Assembly (NCBI GenBank): GCA_963771885.1
Contig: CAVYVF010000023.1
Coordinates: 64,001-128,000 of the forward strand
Length of the DNA stretch: 64,000 nucleotides
Source of the DNA: Candidatus Bathyarchaeota archaeon
GTDB lineage: Archaea; Thermoproteota; Bathyarchaeia; TCS64
Reading direction: 5' to 3'
A program made the position numbers and the translations under genes. Positions 59,819 to 64,000 of the stretch are shown here, one piece after another (within the stretch, counting starts at the first letter, position 1; each line of letters opens with the position of its first letter). The notes below the pieces were generated by a model that saw only the letters and a program-made list of their open reading frames with translations, was not told where the DNA came from and ran no database searches.

Positions 59819-61155
59819 TTGGTAGGACTCAGAGGCCCCCGAATAGTCGCGGGGCCCCCCGGACCGAAGGTCACGAAGATACTCATCGACTCGGGCCTCG
59901 ACCCCGCGTCGTACTACAAGCCCAATCGTCGACGAGGCACGTGGCATCTACATCCGCGACCCGGATGGCAACGTCTTCGCTGACCTCATCTCGGGGCGAT
60001 GCGTCGTCAACACCGGCTACAACCACCCCCGCGTAGTCGAGGCCGTAAAGGCGCAGGCCGACAGGAGCATCCACTGGCAGACGGAGCAGGCTTACACCCT
60101 GATCCGTCGCCTCGAGGAGATGCTCGCCTCGGGGCCGAAGCAGGTCTACTGGGGCCAGTCGGGGAGTCTCTCTAACGACCACGCTATAAAGGCGGTGCGC
60201 CGCGCCACTGGGAAGCCGACGATCCTCAGCTTCACCGGCAGCTATCACGGTAGCACGATGGGAGCGATAAGCCTCAGTGGCTACGACCCCAGTATGAAGA
60301 GGCACTACAGTCCCCTGGTCCCGAACATCGTCCACGTCCCCTACGCGAGCTGCTACAGGTGCCCCCTCGGCCTCGAGCATCCCGGTTGCGCCCTCGCATG
60401 CCTCGCCTACATCGAGGACATCGCCTTCAAGAGCTACATCCCATGCGACGAGGTCGCCGCCGTCTTCGTCGAGCCTGTCCAGGGGGACGCGGGGTGGCAC
60501 ATACCTCCACCGGGATGGCACCAGGGTCTCAAGAGGCTATGCGAGCGCTACGGCATCCTACACGTCGCCGACGAGGTACAGATGGGCTTCGGCAGGACTG
60601 GAACATGGCTGGGGATGGATCACTGGGGGGTGAAGCCGGACGTCGTCATCCTTGGCAAGGCGATGGGCAGCGGCGTTCCCATAAGCGCCTGCGTCCTCGG
60701 CAGGGACCTGCTCGAGTCGACGGACCCCGAGCCCATCCCAATACACGCTCAGAGCTTCAGCGCCACGCCCCTCGGCACCGCCGCTGCCCATGCCACGATG
60801 GATGTGATACGCGACGAGCGCCTCCTCGAGAACTCGGAGCGTATGGGCGTCTACATGAAGAGGAGACTCACTGAGCTGATGGATGTCCACTCGTGCATGG
60901 GAGACGTCCGCGGTATAGGACTCATCATAGGCGTCGAGATAGTGAAGGACAGTGGCGAAGAAGACCCCAGACCCGGCGATGGCGAACGTCATTTGCGCCG
61001 AGGCTTTTAGGCGGGGCGTCTACACCTTAAACATGGGCAGTTACGGCGGCAAGGCCATACGCATCGCGCCGCCCCTCATCGTCACAGAGGAGCAACTCAA
61101 CACCATCGTGGGCGTCCTCGATGAATCCATGAAGACCGCCGAGGCCCGAAGCTAA
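59819..61155 (+). CDS. Class III PLP aminotransferase (GABA-AT/racemase-like); frameshifts near 59921 and 60953
   Basis: PPGPK, DPDGNVFAD, SYHGST, EPVQGDAG, DEVQMGFGRTG, LGKAMG and IRIAPPL motifs. Confidence 0.85.
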
Positions 61156-61184
61156 TAAATTCCGCACACGCCTCCTCAAACATT

Positions 61185-61616
61185 ATGCTCATACCCGACT
61201 CGATCAAGCAAAAGTTGGGCAGGCACACCCACGTCATCTTCGCCACAAACGAGGGGAGCCAACCCCGAATGAGGACGATGACTCTGATCAACGACGAGCA
61301 GGGCCTCTTCTTCGCTACCGACGCGGGCACGGAGAAGATGGCGCAGCTCAAGGCGAACCCCCGCGCCGAGTTCCTCATCCAACTCAAGGAGGGAGAAAAC
61401 AACGGCTACATCCGCTGCGAGTGCCTCGCCGAGGTCGTCGAGAACCGCCGCCTACGCGCCCAGCTCTTTGAGGAGAACGCCTTCATCGGCAAGCTCTGGA
61501 AGGGGCCCGATGACCCGGCGCTCGCCATCGTAAGGCTCAGGTCTAAGGCATTCTACCTGCTCGAGCCAGGGAAGTGGACGGTCGATACAATTATGGTCGA
61601 GTCGGGGACTGAATAG
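61185..61616 (+). CDS. Pyridoxamine 5'-phosphate oxidase-like (split-barrel) protein
   Basis: FAT..GSQPRMRTM, KMAQLKANP and GPDDP motifs. Confidence 0.85.
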   Translation: MLIPDSIKQKLGRHTHVIFATNEGSQPRMRTMTLINDEQGLFFATDAGTEKMAQLKANPRAEFLIQLKEGENNGYIRCECLAEVVENRRLRAQLFEENAFIGKLWKGPDDPALAIVRLRSKAFYLLEPGKWTVDTIMVESGTE

Positions 61617-62912
61617 TCACTTAGTGAACGTTTTCACGAAATCCTCGGTGGCCACTAGGTAAGCGTCTATGTCCTCCTTGGTGTGTGGGCTGCTTATCCA
61701 GCAGTGGCTGACCGTGGGGCTCAGGTAGATGATGCCCCTGTCGAGCATGTGCGCGAAATAAGCCTTCGTCGTCGGTATGTCGTTCCTGGCGCAATCGGCG
61801 GCGCTGCGTGGTATCCTGGGCTGGAAGTGTATGGCGAAGGTGGAGCCGACGCCGGTCACCGTCGCGGGAATCCCGCCGCGCCCAAAGATTTCCTCTAGCC
61901 CCGCCCTCATTCGCTTCCCCAGCCTGTCGATGTCAATGTAGACCTTCCCGTCCTTTAGCTGGTCGAGGGTCGCACAGCCCGCCACCATACTGATTGGGTT
62001 ACCGGTGAAAGTGCCTCCGTGGGCGACACGCTCCTCGGCCTTCGGGTACTTCCTCTGGTCGAGGCGCCCCATGATCTCCTCCGAGGCACAGAAGGCGCCA
62101 ATCGGGAAGCCCCCGCCGACGACCTTGCCGAGGATCGTCATGTCGGGCTTGACGCCGTAGAGCTCCTGTGCACCCCCAGGTGAAAGGCGGAACCCTGTTA
62201 TGACCTCGTCAAAGATGAGTAGCGTCTCCGTTTCGGTGCAGACCTCGCGGAGGCTCTGCAGGTAGCCCGGCTCGGGGGTGAGGAAGCCGGCGGCGCCCAT
62301 GACGGGTTCGAGAATCATACAGGCGTACTCTCTTGTCTTTAGCTTCTTGCGGGCTGCCTCTGAGTCATTGTAAGGGACGGCGTCGGTGTCCTCCGTCGTC
62401 TTGGGGTTGAGGCCCGCCGACTCCGACTTCGTATATGGGTAGCTGACCGCCTTATGCAGGCTGTCGTATCCGCCGTGCCAGCCACCCTCAATCTTGAGCA
62501 TCTTCATCCGCCCCGTGTAACCACGTGCGAGACGCGTGCCGTAGAGGTTCGCCTCCGTGCCGCTGGCGCAATAGCGCACCTGTTCCGCGGAGGGCACATT
62601 CCTTACGATGCGCTCTGCCAGCTCGATCTCCAGTTCGTGGCTGAAACCTAGGTGTGTCCCGAGGGGGAGCTGCTTCTTCACCGCGTCCATGACCCGCTTT
62701 GGGCTGTGGCCGAGGATGAGTGCACCGTGGCCGACCCAGTAGTCGGTGTACTCGTTGCCGTCGACATCTCTGAGCTTGACGCCGTGTGCCTCCTCGACGA
62801 AGAAGGGGTATGGGGGGAGCGCCCTGATACCGTAGCTGACGCCAGCCGGTAGAACTTTGCACGCCCTGTCGTAGAGTTCCTTTGACTTTGGAGTCTTGCC
62901 AGCATACACCAA
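61617..62912 (-). CDS. Glutamate-1-semialdehyde 2,1-aminomutase-like class III aminotransferase
   Basis: DVDGNEYTDY, SGTEA, GGWHG, FDEVITGFR, GKVVGGGFP and GTFTGNP motifs; HemL function not certain. Confidence 0.85.
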   Translation of the reverse strand: MVYAGKTPKSKELYDRACKVLPAGVSYGIRALPPYPFFVEEAHGVKLRDVDGNEYTDYWVGHGALILGHSPKRVMDAVKKQLPLGTHLGFSHELEIELAERIVRNVPSAEQVRYCASGTEANLYGTRLARGYTGRMKMLKIEGGWHGGYDSLHKAVSYPYTKSESAGLNPKTTEDTDAVPYNDSEAARKKLKTREYACMILEPVMGAAGFLTPEPGYLQSLREVCTETETLLIFDEVITGFRLSPGGAQELYGVKPDMTILGKVVGGGFPIGAFCASEEIMGRLDQRKYPKAEERVAHGGTFTGNPISMVAGCATLDQLKDGKVYIDIDRLGKRMRAGLEEIFGRGGIPATVTGVGSTFAIHFQPRIPRSAADCARNDIPTTKAYFAHMLDRGIIYLSPTVSHCWISSPHTKEDIDAYLVATEDFVKTFTK

Positions 62913-62965
62913 CCATGTATCCCCTGTGTTGGATGATGGTGAAGTGTTGGCGGTAAAAAGGTTGA

Positions 62966-64000
62966 CTAGAGGAAGGAGATGGGGGGCAGGGAGTCCTTCC
63001 CCGTCCTCACCTTCAGCTCCTGGAGGTCCCTCTTCTGCTGGTTTAGGACTTCCCAGAAATCCTTTGGCATGTTGGGCTCGTCCCTGTAGAGTTGCTCCAT
63101 GCGCGCCACTTTTTCGAGGTACTTGGTGATGCGTATGCTGAACTGCTGGATGTACTCCGCCTCCGTGTAGTCCTTCTTGAAGACGGTCCTGAATAGCTGC
63201 TTGAGGTCTTTATAGTGTGGTATGTTGCCTATCGGCGTCTTTATGGCGTCGTAGTCTCCCTTGACGCGTCCCTCGGCCCATAGGACCCAGACCTTCTTGT
63301 CGACCTTGGTGTTTGTGTACTTGCCCTCGTGGCGGAGGAAGTAGTTAGTGGCGTAGACGCGGGGCTTGTGCCGGAGTTTCTTGCCGAACTTTATATGGTT
63401 CGTCAGGTAGGTCGCCAGCGGGACGACTATGAAGTCCATATTCGCCATAGGGTCTTGGCGGCGTACACCCGTTTTACCAATAATGGCGGTCGTCGTCTCG
63501 GACTCTAGAGTGGCGCCGAGGTAGACCCCATGCTCCCAGCTCAGCGCCTCGGCTATCGGTACGTTGGTGTCAGAATCTCTCCCACCATAAAAGATACCCT
63601 CAACCACGACGCCGTCCGGGTCATTGTACTTGGGGTCGACGTTCTCAAGCTCGCTTAGTCTCATCGTGTACCGGGCGTTGCCGTGGGCGTAGGGTATCTC
63701 ATTTCCGTCATTGTCCTTTTTACCCTTGAACCACTCCCCCGAGAAGTTCATGCCCTTCTCGGGGATGTCATTCCTACCCATACCGAGCCAGTAAGGCACG
63801 CTATCCGCGATCAGGATGTTGCTGAATATCAGCTCACGGGGAGTCGTGAGGCTCTTGTAGATGAGTGGGTCATCGACAGGGTTGACGTCCTGTATGATAC
63901 CGAAGATACCCTGCTCGATGTTGACGCCGCGGCAGTAGCCTTCCTTGTCCTCTTTCAGATACGCGATGTCGTCGCCGACTATGCTCTGCCCAGGGATCAT
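62966..64000 (-). CDS. pckG: Phosphoenolpyruvate carboxykinase (GTP), 3' part
   Basis: IVGDDIAY, HGNARYT, YGGRDSDT, WEHGV, DPMANMDF and TPIG motifs; runs off the window edge. Confidence 0.93.
   Translation of the reverse strand: MIPGQSIVGDDIAYLKEDKEGYCRGVNIEQGIFGIIQDVNPVDDPLIYKSLTTPRELIFSNILIADSVPYWLGMGRNDIPEKGMNFSGEWFKGKKDNDGNEIPYAHGNARYTMRLSELENVDPKYNDPDGVVVEGIFYGGRDSDTNVPIAEALSWEHGVYLGATLESETTTAIIGKTGVRRQDPMANMDFIVVPLATYLTNHIKFGKKLRHKPRVYATNYFLRHEGKYTNTKVDKKVWVLWAEGRVKGDYDAIKTPIGNIPHYKDLKQLFRTVFKKDYTEAEYIQQFSIRITKYLEKVARMEQLYRDEPNMPKDFWEVLNQQKRDLQELKVRTGKDSLPPISFL

Noticed and set aside
28558..62912. Many long antisense or alternate-frame ORFs in the ORF track
   Set aside because: They are shadows of real genes caused by high GC3 and show no recognisable motifs.
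1..64000. CRISPR array, cas genes, prophage or defence island
   Set aside because: No regularly spaced direct repeats and no cas, integrase, capsid or restriction genes were recognised.

Overview
Archaeal chromosomal DNA of about 60% GC. Archaeal-type TyrRS, DnaG, type II MetAP, DUF1512, NIP7/NOP2, a stand-alone 5S rRNA, an intron-containing tRNA-Trp and BRE/TATA promoters point to a TACK archaeon; Bathyarchaeia is my inference. The window is gene-dense and dominated by peptide, amide and amino-acid catabolism (M14, M20 x3, M24, M42, M50, S9 and S58 peptidases, amidase, amidohydrolases, MBL hydrolases, PLP enzymes), plus three ABC modules, queT-queC, bacterial-type GAPDH and PEPCK. About nine otherwise intact genes carry single-base frameshifts, most likely assembly errors. 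Several intergenic gaps hold decayed gene remnants (ParB, transposase, TrxB, thermosome, PIN). The two best discovery candidates are non-coding. One is a ~70-nt leader of queT-queC that folds into a Shine-Dalgarno-sequestering pseudoknot with preQ1-II riboswitch topology, a candidate archaeal preQ0/preQ1 riboswitch. The other is a ~160-nt multi-hairpin RNA with its own TATA box directly upstream of dnaG. All calls are by eye; no searches or folding programs were run.
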